The translations under genes and the position numbers were made by a program. Of a stretch of 64,000 nucleotides of DNA, positions 30,138-40,076 are shown in pieces (position 1 is the stretch's first letter; each line of letters starts with the position of its first letter). This DNA is from an uncultured Patescibacteria group bacterium (lineage in GTDB: Bacteria > Patescibacteriota > Microgenomatia > UBA1400 > PJMF01): positions 11,523 through 75,522 of the forward strand of contig CAJQIG010000004.1 of the NCBI GenBank assembly GCA_905478415.1. Direction: 5' to 3'. The notes beneath the pieces were generated by a model, which saw only the letters and a program-made list of their open reading frames with translations, ran no database searches and had not been told where the DNA came from.

Positions 30138-32009
30138 TTAGTTTGTAGGTTTTGATCGCAGGTACACCCGACGAACACCAGCTGATGCTGACTGCTCTTT
30201 AAAGAGCTCAATTGGGCTAATTTCTCCTGTAGAATTTACGTGAGGGCCACCACAAAATTCTTTGGAAATCCAGTCAGTTTCAGGATCATTTCCAATTGTG
30301 TAAACTGTCACTTCATCCGGATATTTTTCAATAAAGAAAGCAATAGCACCTGACTTTAAAGCCTCTTCTTTGTCCATAATCTTGACTGTCATTGGCAAAT
30401 CAGCAGCAATCCACTCATTTACTTGTGCTTCTACGGCAGTTTTCTCTTCGGTTGTCAGTGCTGCAGGATGAGAAAAGTCAAATCGCAACCGTTTTTCGGT
30501 AATGTTCGAACCTTTTTGTTGGACATGTTCTCCAAGTATTTTTCGTAACGCCGCATGTAATAAATGAGTAGCCGTGTGATACTGAGTTGTTTTCTCACTA
30601 TGATCTGCCAATCCACCTTTAAATTTAGCGCTCGAGGCTTGGCGTGATGCATCAGCATGAGCTGTTTTGGCTGCTTGGAACGATGCAACCGAAATAGTTA
30701 TTCCTTTCTCAGCCGCGATTTCTTGCGTCAGTTCGAACGGAAAACCGTAGGTTTCATATAAGTAAAAAGCAGTCTCACCGGTAATTTCTGTAACTTTTTC
30801 TATCTCTCGCAAACCGGTTGCCAGCGCTTTCTGGAACTTTTGTTCTTCTGCTTTGAAAGCTGCTTGAATACGAACAAGGTTCTCAGTTACTTGCGGATAC
30901 GCTTCTTCATACATCTGGGCAACTGCTGTTGCCACATCAGCAATAAATGGCTTTTCGATACCAATCATCTTGCCGAATCGAATTGCCCGTCGTAGTAATC
31001 GGCGTGAGAAGTAGCCCTGTTCTTTATTCGAAGGATAGACCCCATCTGTAGCTAACATAGTTGCAGCTTTAATGTGATCAGCAATAACTCTAAACGAACG
31101 ATTTGTCTCACTGTCAGAACCGTATTTTTTACCTGAAAGCGTCTCAATTTGAGAAATAATTGGTGTAAATAAACCTGTTTCAAACACATCTTGTGTGTTA
31201 CCCAAAACCGCCAAAATACGTTCGAATCCTCCACCAAAATCGACATTTTTTTGAGCAAGTTCAGTAAAAGTTCCATCCGGTTGCTTTTGGTACTGCATAA
31301 AAACTGAGTTGCCAATTTCAAGGAACCGGCCACAGTCACAATTTACGTGACAAGGTACATCTTTGAACTCATTGTTTTCGTGGAGTTTTTTTTCAGCTCC
31401 AAAATCATAAAAGACTTCACTGTCTGGACCACCTGGTTCACCTGCGGGCATAGTACTTGGAGCGCCTGCACGTGACCACCAGTTACCGTCACCATAGTAG
31501 AAAATTCGCCCACCTTGTAGACCATTTTTGGCAGCGTCATCAATCACTTCTGCTGAAGTACCAACTGATGCAAATAATTTTTTCCAAATTTCAGGAGTTT
31601 CTGTATCTTTTGGAACTCCAATGGCTTCATTACCTTCATACGCAGTCACGTAAAGCTTTTGAGGATCAATGCCGAGTTCCTCTGTCAGGAAAGCAAAGAA
31701 CCAACCCAGTTGTTCTTCTTTAAAATAATCACCCAGAGACCAATTGCCCAACATTTCAAAAAATGTTGTGTGTCGGTTGTCTCCAACTTCTTCGATATCT
31801 TGTGAGCGAAAACATTTTTGGCTATCGGCAATACGAGTACCCTTTGGATGTTCTTCTCCCAGTAGATACTGGATCATTGGCTGCATACCAGAACCAGTAA
31901 ACAAAGTGGTTGGATCATTCTCTGGAACAAGCGCAGCTGACGGCACAATGGCGTGGCCTTGTTTTTCAAAAAAATCTAAATACTTTTGACGTAGTTGATT
32001 TGGTGTCAT
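30138..32009 (-). CDS. alaS: Alanyl-tRNA synthetase (short form, no C-Ala domain)
   Basis: DPTTLFTGSGM, HTTFFEMLGNWS, editing HTATHLLH and EFCGGPH; ATG 32009 has AAAGGA RBS after the T-box terminator. Confidence 0.96.
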   Translation of the reverse strand: MTPNQLRQKYLDFFEKQGHAIVPSAALVPENDPTTLFTGSGMQPMIQYLLGEEHPKGTRIADSQKCFRSQDIEEVGDNRHTTFFEMLGNWSLGDYFKEEQLGWFFAFLTEELGIDPQKLYVTAYEGNEAIGVPKDTETPEIWKKLFASVGTSAEVIDDAAKNGLQGGRIFYYGDGNWWSRAGAPSTMPAGEPGGPDSEVFYDFGAEKKLHENNEFKDVPCHVNCDCGRFLEIGNSVFMQYQKQPDGTFTELAQKNVDFGGGFERILAVLGNTQDVFETGLFTPIISQIETLSGKKYGSDSETNRSFRVIADHIKAATMLATDGVYPSNKEQGYFSRRLLRRAIRFGKMIGIEKPFIADVATAVAQMYEEAYPQVTENLVRIQAAFKAEEQKFQKALATGLREIEKVTEITGETAFYLYETYGFPFELTQEIAAEKGITISVASFQAAKTAHADASRQASSAKFKGGLADHSEKTTQYHTATHLLHAALRKILGEHVQQKGSNITEKRLRFDFSHPAALTTEEKTAVEAQVNEWIAADLPMTVKIMDKEEALKSGAIAFFIEKYPDEVTVYTIGNDPETDWISKEFCGGPHVNSTGEISPIELFKEQSASAGVRRVYLRSKPTN

Positions 32010-32039
32010 ACTTTTTCCTTTGGGGAGCGGTTTTTTCAT

Positions 32040-32320
32040 AAAAAAACCCGCCTCTTCCCACAACAATTGTTACGGACAAGGACGAGCAAACTCGCGGTAC
32101 CACCTTGCTTTTTTTCTACAGTTACCTCTAGAAAACTCAGCAACTACCTTTCGGTAGTTTCCCCTTTTTACGGTGGGCATCCGGATCTTTTTACTCATCT
32201 TTAGATGATTCAAAGACCAGCTCGCAGGTGGCTCAAGGAAGACGTAGTACTCGGTTCTCAGCATTCCGAATTCTCTGTATCTACAGAATCATTCCTTTAT
32301 TCCTGTTCATCGCTGTTATT
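32040..32320 (-). promoter_or_regulatory. T-box riboswitch, Ala (GCC specifier), transcriptional type
   Basis: GCGATGAACAGG stem I start, AGAGA and GCTGAGA boxes, specifier GCC at 32230-32232, stem II with AGTA, CCGTAA, antiterminator AAGGTGGTACCGCG (32093-32106), terminator + U-tract. Confidence 0.93.
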
Positions 32321-32333
32321 CGACTGTGGGAGT

Positions 32334-32342
32334 ATTGTATCA
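32334..32342 (-). promoter_or_regulatory. Extended -10 promoter for T-box-alaS
   Basis: TGaTACAAT just upstream of stem I. Confidence 0.7.
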
Positions 32343-32354
32343 AAAACAAACAAA

Positions 32355-32705
32355 TTACACACCAGCGAACTTCTTTGGTTTGGACTTTGTGGTTTTACGG
32401 GTAAGTGATGAAGTTGTCTTCTTAGAAGGTCTTTTGCGTTTCTTTGACTGCGTCTCAGCTTCCTCTACAAAATCAGCCATGTTTGTCATCACATGAGAAA
32501 CTATCTCGACAAGAGACATATCTGCCGAAGGTAAGAGTCCTTTTTTGACCAACTCTTCCTTAACAGCACCCAACTCCGACTCTAATTCTTTTTGGACAGC
32601 TGTACCTTCTGCGGATCCTAGAAAGTGAGCAAATGCAGCTCCAGCGGCAGCCCCCAATCCAAAGCCGAGTGTAAATGATCCGCCCTGTTTACTTTGATTT
32701 TCCAT
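32355..32705 (-). CDS. YtxH-like membrane-anchored protein
   Basis: FTLGFGLGAAAGAAFAHFL..EG N-terminal motif. Confidence 0.6.
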   Translation of the reverse strand: MENQSKQGGSFTLGFGLGAAAGAAFAHFLGSAEGTAVQKELESELGAVKEELVKKGLLPSADMSLVEIVSHVMTNMADFVEEAETQSKKRKRPSKKTTSSLTRKTTKSKPKKFAGV

Positions 32706-32961
32706 TTTTCTTTTGCATTATGTTGACAAATACTTCAAGAAACTTTGCACCTGTCTGAAAAGCAGTTGAAGCTGAGGCAATTGACTGCAAGGGAGACACA
32801 AACATCTCAATTCGACGATCTACATCTTCAATGGTCGAGTTTATCTTCTTCAGAGTGGTTCTAAACTCAGCTAGTGTCAAAATAACTTGGACACCAACAA
32901 CTGAAAGTACAATTGCCAGTACAACCAAGACAACGCTAAATGCAACGGGAACGAAATCCAT
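32689..32961 (-). CDS. DUF948-like small membrane protein
   Basis: N-terminal TM + coiled coil; paired with YtxH-like gene. Confidence 0.55.
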   Translation of the reverse strand: MDFVPVAFSVVLVVLAIVLSVVGVQVILTLAEFRTTLKKINSTIEDVDRRIEMFVSPLQSIASASTAFQTGAKFLEVFVNIMQKKNGKSK

Positions 32962-33064
32962 ACTATCCTTTTATGAGACTCAGAGTTCTGAGCCTTCTGT
33001 ATATCTACCTACTACTATCATACGACAGTTTTGCCAAAGTCACAAAGTCAAGTCACTTTGAGAA

Positions 33065-33709
33065 CTAAAAACGAACATAGACTGTTCGCTTTTCCTCGTG
33101 GGCCTTGCCTCTTCTATCAGTTGACTCAATCATGATAGTGCTAATCCCCTCAGTGGCAATAAAAACCTCAGTGGTAAAAGATCCATCTGGTTGCAACGCT
33201 ACTGGTTGGTCATTTACAGTAATAGTGGCATCAGGCTCAGTCTCACCACTAACAACAACTCGAGCTGCAACTTGGGATTGATCTTCTGGAGAAACAATGG
33301 TTAACTCTGGTGGACGAGTCAAACTGTACCACTGGACCCCAACATACCCCAATAAACTAAGAAACGTGCCAGCTAAAAAAAGCATGATTAAAGTAATCGA
33401 ATTGAGCGAAAATTTTTGTTTTAATACCGGGGTTATAAACTCGCGTGGAACCAAAGTACCACGGGCACTTTCCTTATAATCTCGTCGAAGTAGGGCTAAC
33501 AGTGGTTTGTGATCAAAACCAAACAATTGAGCATAGGTTTTAATATACCCCTTCACAAAAGTGGCTGAGGGCAGTACCTCAAACTGATTTGCTTCAAGAG
33601 CCTCAAGATACGCAAGTCGAATACGAGTTTTTTTAGCTAACTCTTCAATTTTGAATCGACGGCCTTCTCGCTCGTCACGAAGTATTTCACCAACAGTCTT
33701 AGTTTTCAT
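33065..33709 (-). CDS. RodZ-like HTH-TM-Ig protein
   Basis: VGEILRDERE..LAKKTRIR..YLEALE..LPSATFVKGYIKTYA, TM, C-terminal Ig-like domain. Confidence 0.85.
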   Translation of the reverse strand: MKTKTVGEILRDEREGRRFKIEELAKKTRIRLAYLEALEANQFEVLPSATFVKGYIKTYAQLFGFDHKPLLALLRRDYKESARGTLVPREFITPVLKQKFSLNSITLIMLFLAGTFLSLLGYVGVQWYSLTRPPELTIVSPEDQSQVAARVVVSGETEPDATITVNDQPVALQPDGSFTTEVFIATEGISTIMIESTDRRGKAHEEKRTVYVRF

Positions 33710-33751
33710 ACAGTCTTAGTTACAGGTAGTAGGTTGTACAAAGAGCAACAG

Positions 33752-34183
33752 TTATGCAAGAGCACTCTTAACGGCGGCAGAGACTCTATTTCCATCAGCT
33801 TTACCGCTCACCTTAGCCATGACCATTCCCATCAGCTTACCCATGTTTCGCTCTTCGGTCGAAGCCAAGACTTCAGCTACAATGGCTGCAATCGCCTCAT
33901 CTGACATCTGTTCTGGTAAGAACTCTTCTAAAATAGCAATTTTTTGTGTTTCTTCTTCGATAGCATCAGCATTTCCAGCAAGTTTGAAGCTTTCGATACC
34001 TTCTTTCATCTGTTTCACTTGCTTAGCAATCAGTTTTAAAATTCGTTCCTCAGTTAATTCACCTTCATCAATTTCAGTATTTTTGACTTCTGAAAGAAGA
34101 TAGCGCAAAGTACTCACGCGCACCGAATCACGAGCCTTCATAGCTGTCTTCATCTTATCCATTAGTTGTGCTTTAAAATCCAT
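33752..34183 (-). CDS. GatB/YqeY domain protein
   Basis: MKTAMKARD, FLPEQMS, MGKLMGMVM..GKADG. Confidence 0.92.
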   Translation of the reverse strand: MDFKAQLMDKMKTAMKARDSVRVSTLRYLLSEVKNTEIDEGELTEERILKLIAKQVKQMKEGIESFKLAGNADAIEEETQKIAILEEFLPEQMSDEAIAAIVAEVLASTEERNMGKLMGMVMAKVSGKADGNRVSAAVKSALA

Positions 34184-34268
34184 ATATCCTTTTCTACCTG
34201 TACCGAAATCTCGGCTACTAGGCGTATTGTAACACGTATCTTTCCGATATTCTAAAAAACACAACCTT

Positions 34269-35021
34269 CTATTTTGCCAAGGCACTCAGTCCAACGCGAG
34301 ACACTAGAAAAATTGAAAGTTCATCAACCTTGCCTGTCACCATCGCAACTCCTGCAATTACAATAATTAAGGCTGAAATTTGTGTAATTCGCTTTGTCCA
34401 CGCTGGATGCATTGAAACTGTCTTCATAACTCGATCAAACCCAAGCGCTGCTAACAAAAAAGGAATTCCTAAACCAATGCCATACGAAATAAGCAAGAGT
34501 ATTCCTCGCCACATGTTGGCCTGGCTCGCAGACCAATAGAGAATCACAGCTAAAACAGGACCAATACAAGGCGTCCAAGCAAATCCAAAAGCCACCCCTG
34601 TGAAGACTGCATGCAAATTCGTATTGCCTACAAAAAACTTTTGAATATCGAACCGAACTTCACCGTTTACTAAGCGAAGCTTTTTAAAGGCTCCTAATAA
34701 TAAAAGCCCCATAAATATGAATAAAACGCCTGCAAGCTGAGTAATAACGCCGCGATACTCCGCAAAGAAAACGGCAAACCGTTGCAGAGTAATCCCCATA
34801 ATCACAAACGTTGTTACAAACCCCGTCACAAACAAAAGAGCTGCTTTAAACACGACCCAGCGATGATTTTCTTCTTTCATAGTCGAGAGAGAAACTCCAG
34901 AAATATAAGCCAAATACGTTGGCACCAATGGTAATAAACAAGACGCAAAAAAAGTAATAAATCCGGCTACAAAGGCCACTAAAAAGTTGACATTCGAGCC
35001 ATCGAGTTCTAATCCAAACAT
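34269..35021 (-). CDS. ccdA: CcdA/DsbD-type thiol-disulfide transporter
   Basis: FFASCLLPLVPTY and FAWTPCIGPVL; GAGGA RBS before 35021. Confidence 0.9.
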   Translation of the reverse strand: MFGLELDGSNVNFLVAFVAGFITFFASCLLPLVPTYLAYISGVSLSTMKEENHRWVVFKAALLFVTGFVTTFVIMGITLQRFAVFFAEYRGVITQLAGVLFIFMGLLLLGAFKKLRLVNGEVRFDIQKFFVGNTNLHAVFTGVAFGFAWTPCIGPVLAVILYWSASQANMWRGILLLISYGIGLGIPFLLAALGFDRVMKTVSMHPAWTKRITQISALIIVIAGVAMVTGKVDELSIFLVSRVGLSALAK

Positions 35022-35087
35022 AGAAATATCCTCATACAAATAAGCTCCACCATTAATAGCACAAAAGCAGTGCTAAAATAAGGGGTA

Positions 35088-35834
35088 ATGAAATCTGCTC
35101 GCACCCTCAACCCCTATGAAGAAACGCAACTGGCACGCCATGGTGGAGATCGTCAAATCCTGCTTGCTTCAAACGCCCCCGTGGAGCACATAACGGGAAA
35201 GGCTGAATTTTGTGGATTGGTATTTTCTGTAACTGAGAATGTCCTGATCCCCCGAATTGAAACAGAAGAACTGGTAGAAAAAGTGGTTGCTGCCTGTCGG
35301 ACCTTCTCGGGACCAGGGGCTGTCCGAATTGTAGATGTAGGGACTGGCTCTGGGGCTATTGCTATTAGTGTGGCATCGAAACTGGCTACTCTTGGACTTG
35401 CACATACCATTACTGCCACGGATATTTCTCGATCTGCTCTTGAGATTGCTGAAGCAAATGCTGCAACACTGCTACCCGATCCCACTACCATCACCTTTCT
35501 GCATTCTGATCTACTCTCTGACGTACCTACCGACCAAGACATTATCGTTGCCAACCTTCCCTACATTCCCACCGCCCGGATTGCTACCCTTGATAAGAGT
35601 GTCTTTGAGCACGAACCTCACTTAGCGCTCGATGGCGGACCAGATGGACTCTACCTGATTCGATTACTCTTAGATCAAGCTACTCAGCTACTGCAACCAG
35701 GAGCACTTGTGCTGCTTGAAGTCGATGACACACACACACTGGAAGTTTGGAGTGAGTTTGAACATGATTGGCAGATTGAAGTTTTTCTCGACAGTTTTGA
35801 AAAGAACCGCTTTGTCCAGTTGTTGAAAAGATAA
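35088..35834 (+). CDS. prmC: Release factor glutamine methyltransferase (N-terminally short)
   Basis: VLIPRIETEEL, DVGTGSGAIA, ANLPY, EPHLALDGG. Confidence 0.92.
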   Translation: MKSARTLNPYEETQLARHGGDRQILLASNAPVEHITGKAEFCGLVFSVTENVLIPRIETEELVEKVVAACRTFSGPGAVRIVDVGTGSGAIAISVASKLATLGLAHTITATDISRSALEIAEANAATLLPDPTTITFLHSDLLSDVPTDQDIIVANLPYIPTARIATLDKSVFEHEPHLALDGGPDGLYLIRLLLDQATQLLQPGALVLLEVDDTHTLEVWSEFEHDWQIEVFLDSFEKNRFVQLLKR

Positions 35835-35859
35835 GCCCAACACTGTATTCTCCTTCTAT

Positions 35860-36786
35860 ATGTCTAAGCAAGTTCCCACTACAGTTTTTTCAGGGTTTTT
35901 AGGTTCTGGTAAAACTACTATTATTTCTCACGTTATCGATATTCTTCAAAAAAAAGGTGTCCAGATTGCCTACATCAAAAATGAGATTGGCGAAACTGAT
36001 ATCGATGCCCAACTGATGAAGGGTAAAGATATCGAAACCAAAGAACTGCTCAATGGCTGTATCTGCTGTACCCTGGTTGGACCATTTGAGAATGCAGTAA
36101 CAGAACTGATCGAGAAGTTCTCTCCAGACAGAATTTTTATTGAAGCTTCTGGGGCTGCTGATCCGGCTGCTATTGCACTCATGATTGGCTCTCACCCCAG
36201 CTTGTCACGAGACGGCATTATCTCAGTTATCGACGTGGTTAATTTTAAAGGCTACGAAGATTTAAGCACCACGGCCCAACGCCAAACTCAGTTCACAGAT
36301 CTAATTATTTTTAACAAAGTTGAAGAAGTTGACGTCGACCGAAAACGAGCCGTGGTGGGCTATGTGCGCGAACTTAATACTCACTCACCAATTATTGAAG
36401 CACCAAATGGCAAAGTCAATCCAGACCTTCTCTTTGGCCTCGACCCAGCTAACTTAGATCACTTCTTAAGAGAGCATATTGATGACCATACTAGCCACAA
36501 CCACATCGATGACGATGACTTCTCTGCGTTTACTATTCGAGACCAGAATAAGTATTCTGAAGCAAAGATGCGAGAATTTTTAGAGACGCTGCCAAAGAGT
36601 TTGTTTAGAACTAAGGGTGTGTTCCAAAATGAAGATGGCACCTGGTTTAGCTATAATAGTGTTGGGAAAAAGATTGATATTGTGCCAATTCTCACAGAAC
36701 ACTCGTTTAGTGAGAATATTTTGGTGTTTATTGGGGTGCGGGCGGATGGGTTGAGGGGGGTGGTTGAAGAAAAGCTTCTAAAATAA
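35860..36786 (+). CDS. COG0523 (CobW/ZigA) metal-chaperone GTPase
   Basis: GFLGSGKTT, NEIG, GCICC, EASG, NKVE, His cluster, RTKG. Confidence 0.92.
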   Translation: MSKQVPTTVFSGFLGSGKTTIISHVIDILQKKGVQIAYIKNEIGETDIDAQLMKGKDIETKELLNGCICCTLVGPFENAVTELIEKFSPDRIFIEASGAADPAAIALMIGSHPSLSRDGIISVIDVVNFKGYEDLSTTAQRQTQFTDLIIFNKVEEVDVDRKRAVVGYVRELNTHSPIIEAPNGKVNPDLLFGLDPANLDHFLREHIDDHTSHNHIDDDDFSAFTIRDQNKYSEAKMREFLETLPKSLFRTKGVFQNEDGTWFSYNSVGKKIDIVPILTEHSFSENILVFIGVRADGLRGVVEEKLLK

Positions 36787-37452
36787 TCATTTCACTTTTA
36801 TAGAATTTTGTTTTAATACTTTTTCAAAGTTTGATCGTACATCTCTTGTAACCGGAATCTCGCTCCAAACCTTATTGTAACCATCAAATTTACCCTTAAA
36901 TTGTGTATTCAGAGCAAACAGTACATGCCCCATCATCTGGGCAACTACTTGATATAATGCATCAGCACTCCACCTGTCCCCAGTAAATCTTTGATCATCA
37001 AAAACTAAACTCCAATCAAGTGATGCAGCATTTACATGAGAATAAGAATAAGTTAGCTTAACACAAAAATCATAATAATCACGATTTTTAAACCCAATCT
37101 CTTCCATTTTTTTATCTAATCTAACTTGGGTCCAAGAGACCCCAAATCCCTTCTCTCCTAGGTCATCCATATAGTTCTTTAATCTTTCGTCTGAATTACT
37201 GTGCGCTATCCAACGCATATTAAATGAGTGTTCAATCAAGCTGCGTAAAATAATGATTGACTCATCTGTCAAACCAGCTTCACAAAGTACAGTAATTGAA
37301 TCAAGAAGGTTAATAGCTTTATGAGCTGCAGCAATAAAGTAACGATCTAATATAGTGGGATTCTCAATAGAATTTCCCATTAAATCAAAGCCTTGAATTA
37401 TTTCTTTTTTTGCTTTAATAATAAGTGCTTTAGAGGATATTTTACTTGCCAT
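36787..37452 (-). CDS. DUF5677-like helical protein (AT-rich)
   Basis: ILRSLIEH and YSYSHVN motifs; visibly lower GC than neighbours. Confidence 0.6.
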   Translation of the reverse strand: MASKISSKALIIKAKKEIIQGFDLMGNSIENPTILDRYFIAAAHKAINLLDSITVLCEAGLTDESIIILRSLIEHSFNMRWIAHSNSDERLKNYMDDLGEKGFGVSWTQVRLDKKMEEIGFKNRDYYDFCVKLTYSYSHVNAASLDWSLVFDDQRFTGDRWSADALYQVVAQMMGHVLFALNTQFKGKFDGYNKVWSEIPVTRDVRSNFEKVLKQNSIKVK

Positions 37453-38410
37453 TACCTGAATTTACTTCTTTCCCAGCCCCACCCCTCTCAATCATCATCA
37501 CAACCACAAATGCGACCACAAACAAGCCAACAGCCATCATCACGCTACCATCAAAGGTACGAGGAACAATGTTCCGCTGCACCACCGGCACTAAATCACC
37601 ATGTCGATCCATCACGGACTCCAACGTTTCCTTCCAAGGCCAAATCTTTCTGAGAGATCCAACCATGAAACCGGTCAGAACTGAAATAATAATGTTCTCA
37701 TGATGCTCAAAGAGCCATGATAACAGGCGTGAAAAGAGAGCCAGTCCAACAACAGCTCCAACCATAAAAATACCCAGAGTCACAATGTCTTTGTCGTGGA
37801 CCGCTGCTAAAATTTGTTCGTATTTACCCAAGATAATCAGCAAGAATGAACCCGAAACTCCAGGGAGGATCATGGCGCAAATGGCAATCGCACCACTGAG
37901 TAAAAACGCCAGTGGCGTTGCAGCTGTCTCAGTTGGTACCGCTCCAACAATTAAGTAGGCAGCGATGGCAGCAACTACAGCCGCACCGATTTCTCTAGAA
38001 GACCAAACCGTTACTCGTTTGCTGACTACCTTAATAGATGCCACAACTAAGCCAAAGAAAAAGGACCATAAATAAACTGGATACGTATCAAGCATGTACG
38101 TTAACACAGACGAAAGCAACACTACAGCACCTAAAAGCCCCGTTGCCAATGGCACTAAGAATGAAAAGGGAATAATCTTGAAAGCTTCGGCAATCTTGCC
38201 TTTTAAAACTAGTTTGAGAGCTTCGCCACTGACCAGTTTAATACTCTCGATGAGTTGTTCGTAAATGCCAAAGATAAAGGCCATAGTTCCACCGGAAACT
38301 CCGGGAACAATATCAGAGGCTCCCATCACAAATCCAATACCAAGGTACTTGGCCATCTGAGCCAGGGGAGATTTCTGAGTACTTACTTTTGTAGGGGTAG
38401 TTTTTTTCAT
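37442..38410 (-). CDS. DUF368 family membrane protein (undecaprenyl-phosphate translocase family)
   Basis: Repeated DIVPGVSGGT and AMILPGVSGS motifs. Confidence 0.92.
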   Translation of the reverse strand: MKKTTPTKVSTQKSPLAQMAKYLGIGFVMGASDIVPGVSGGTMAFIFGIYEQLIESIKLVSGEALKLVLKGKIAEAFKIIPFSFLVPLATGLLGAVVLLSSVLTYMLDTYPVYLWSFFFGLVVASIKVVSKRVTVWSSREIGAAVVAAIAAYLIVGAVPTETAATPLAFLLSGAIAICAMILPGVSGSFLLIILGKYEQILAAVHDKDIVTLGIFMVGAVVGLALFSRLLSWLFEHHENIIISVLTGFMVGSLRKIWPWKETLESVMDRHGDLVPVVQRNIVPRTFDGSVMMAVGLFVVAFVVVMMIERGGAGKEVNSGNGK

Positions 38411-38474
38411 ACAAGAGTAACTATACCCTATGCACTCTATCTACATCAAGATAGTAACCTCGCAGTATCAGCAA

Positions 38475-39245
38475 CTATTTCTTTTTGGAGAGAGTTTGGC
38501 CCATTACGTTGCCAAACCCTTCGATAGCTCGAAGAATTTCCATTGGCAGTGCAAAAATGACTGTGTTTGATTGATCCGAAGAAATATCGTTAATTGAGTT
38601 GAGCGTACGCAGGTGCAAAGCTCCAGGGCTCTTGGACATCATATTCGCAGCTTCAGTTAAGTTCTGTGCAGCCAAGACTTCACCCTGACTATTAATAATA
38701 GTGGCCCGTTTTTCACGCTCTGCTTCAGCCTGTTTAGCCATGGTTCGAACCATACTCTCTGGCAACTCAATATCCTTGAGCTCAACAGCTTCGACATCGA
38801 TACCCCACTGATCAGTGGTGGCATCAACACTGGCTAAAATTTCTTTGGCAATCTTTTCTCTGCTTGAGAGTAGTTCATCCAAAGTAGCTTCACCAGCTAC
38901 ACGACGCATAGTTGTCTGAGCTAATTGAGAAACTGCCCAAAATACGTTTTCGACTTCGTTTATAGCTTTGTTGGCATCAGTAACTTTGTAATAGATAACG
39001 GCATTCATTTTGCACGAAACGTTATCTCGAGTAATAGTCTCTTGTTTTGGCACATCAACCGCTTTGGTACGAATATCAATTTTTACAAAGGTTTGGAAAA
39101 TAGGAAGAATAAATCGCCAACCAGGACCAACTACACCTTGGAATCGTCCCATGGTGTAGACCACGCCACGTTCGTACTGATTGATTTGTTTGAGAGACGC
39201 AAGAAATAAAATAAGGGCAAAGGGAAGAAATCCAAGAAGTGGCAT
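38475..39245 (-). CDS. SPFH/stomatin (slipin) protein
   Basis: QYERGV, ITRDNVS, AQTTMR, MAKQAEAEREKRA. Confidence 0.93.
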   Translation of the reverse strand: MPLLGFLPFALILFLASLKQINQYERGVVYTMGRFQGVVGPGWRFILPIFQTFVKIDIRTKAVDVPKQETITRDNVSCKMNAVIYYKVTDANKAINEVENVFWAVSQLAQTTMRRVAGEATLDELLSSREKIAKEILASVDATTDQWGIDVEAVELKDIELPESMVRTMAKQAEAEREKRATIINSQGEVLAAQNLTEAANMMSKSPGALHLRTLNSINDISSDQSNTVIFALPMEILRAIEGFGNVMGQTLSKKK

Positions 39246-39298
39246 AGTACCTTTCAAAGGTGCTACTGAGTACTAGCTACTATTTTAGCATAGTTTGG

Positions 39299-40072
39299 CT
39301 ACTTTTGGGTTTTTTGCGTATCGGGTGCATAACTCACCGCTCCATCCGGCAACCGTCGCACCCAATCTCCAGAGCGCTGCTCTTCAACAATGTGCGCAAT
39401 ACTTCCTGCCACTCGAGCCACACCAAATAAGGCATTCCCCGCTAATGGGTCAATCTTCATGGCCATAAGTAATGCTGCTAAAGCCCCATCTATATTAATC
39501 ACCAGTGGTTTCAACAACTCTGCTTCTAATACACTAGCAATCTGCTTAGCGATATTTATGTAGTGAATATCGAGTCCTGCATTTCGAGCTAAAATAAATA
39601 ATTGTTCGGTTCGAGGATCCTTTTTTGTATAGACTGGGTGTCCAAACCCTGGAATACGTTTTTTGTCTGCACGGTAGGTTTTAACCAACCATGTTGCCCC
39701 AGCTTCTGTATCTTCTGAGTACTCATCGACTGCCTTCAACACTTCCATTGCTCCCGTAATGGCTCCACCATGATAAGGACCAAGTGCTAACAAAGATGAG
39801 GCCATACACGTTAACACATCATTTCCAGAAGAGGCTACTACTCGAGGTACAAAACCACTAGCCGGATCAATACCATGGTCAATGGCTCCAACTAGAAGTG
39901 CATTGAGCACTTTTTCTTCGGCTGCTGTTGGCTTTTTGCCGGTTACAGACAAAAAGAGAGTAGAAACAAAGTTTGCTTCGCCAATGAGGGTGGTGAGCGG
40001 AATACCGCGTAATTCGAGGTCGTGCTGACCGTGGCCGCTAACACTGGTTTTGAAATCTAATTTTTGTGACAT
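39299..40072 (-). CDS. Citryl-CoA lyase (citrate-synthase fold)
   Basis: DHG, HGGA, IPGFGHP, DPR, NIDG; 257-aa stand-alone. Confidence 0.85.
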   Translation of the reverse strand: MSQKLDFKTSVSGHGQHDLELRGIPLTTLIGEANFVSTLFLSVTGKKPTAAEEKVLNALLVGAIDHGIDPASGFVPRVVASSGNDVLTCMASSLLALGPYHGGAITGAMEVLKAVDEYSEDTEAGATWLVKTYRADKKRIPGFGHPVYTKKDPRTEQLFILARNAGLDIHYINIAKQIASVLEAELLKPLVINIDGALAALLMAMKIDPLAGNALFGVARVAGSIAHIVEEQRSGDWVRRLPDGAVSYAPDTQKTQK

Positions 40073-40076
40073 ATAC

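Noticed and set aside
32070-32408. ORFs 32070-32264 (-) and 32205-32408 (+), and the 19-aa alaS N-extension
   Set aside because: They lie within the T-box leader, which explains the sequence.
34269-35021. Cytochrome c maturation system
   Set aside because: Only CcdA is present; no CcsA/B or CxxCH proteins in the window, so general thiol redox is more likely.
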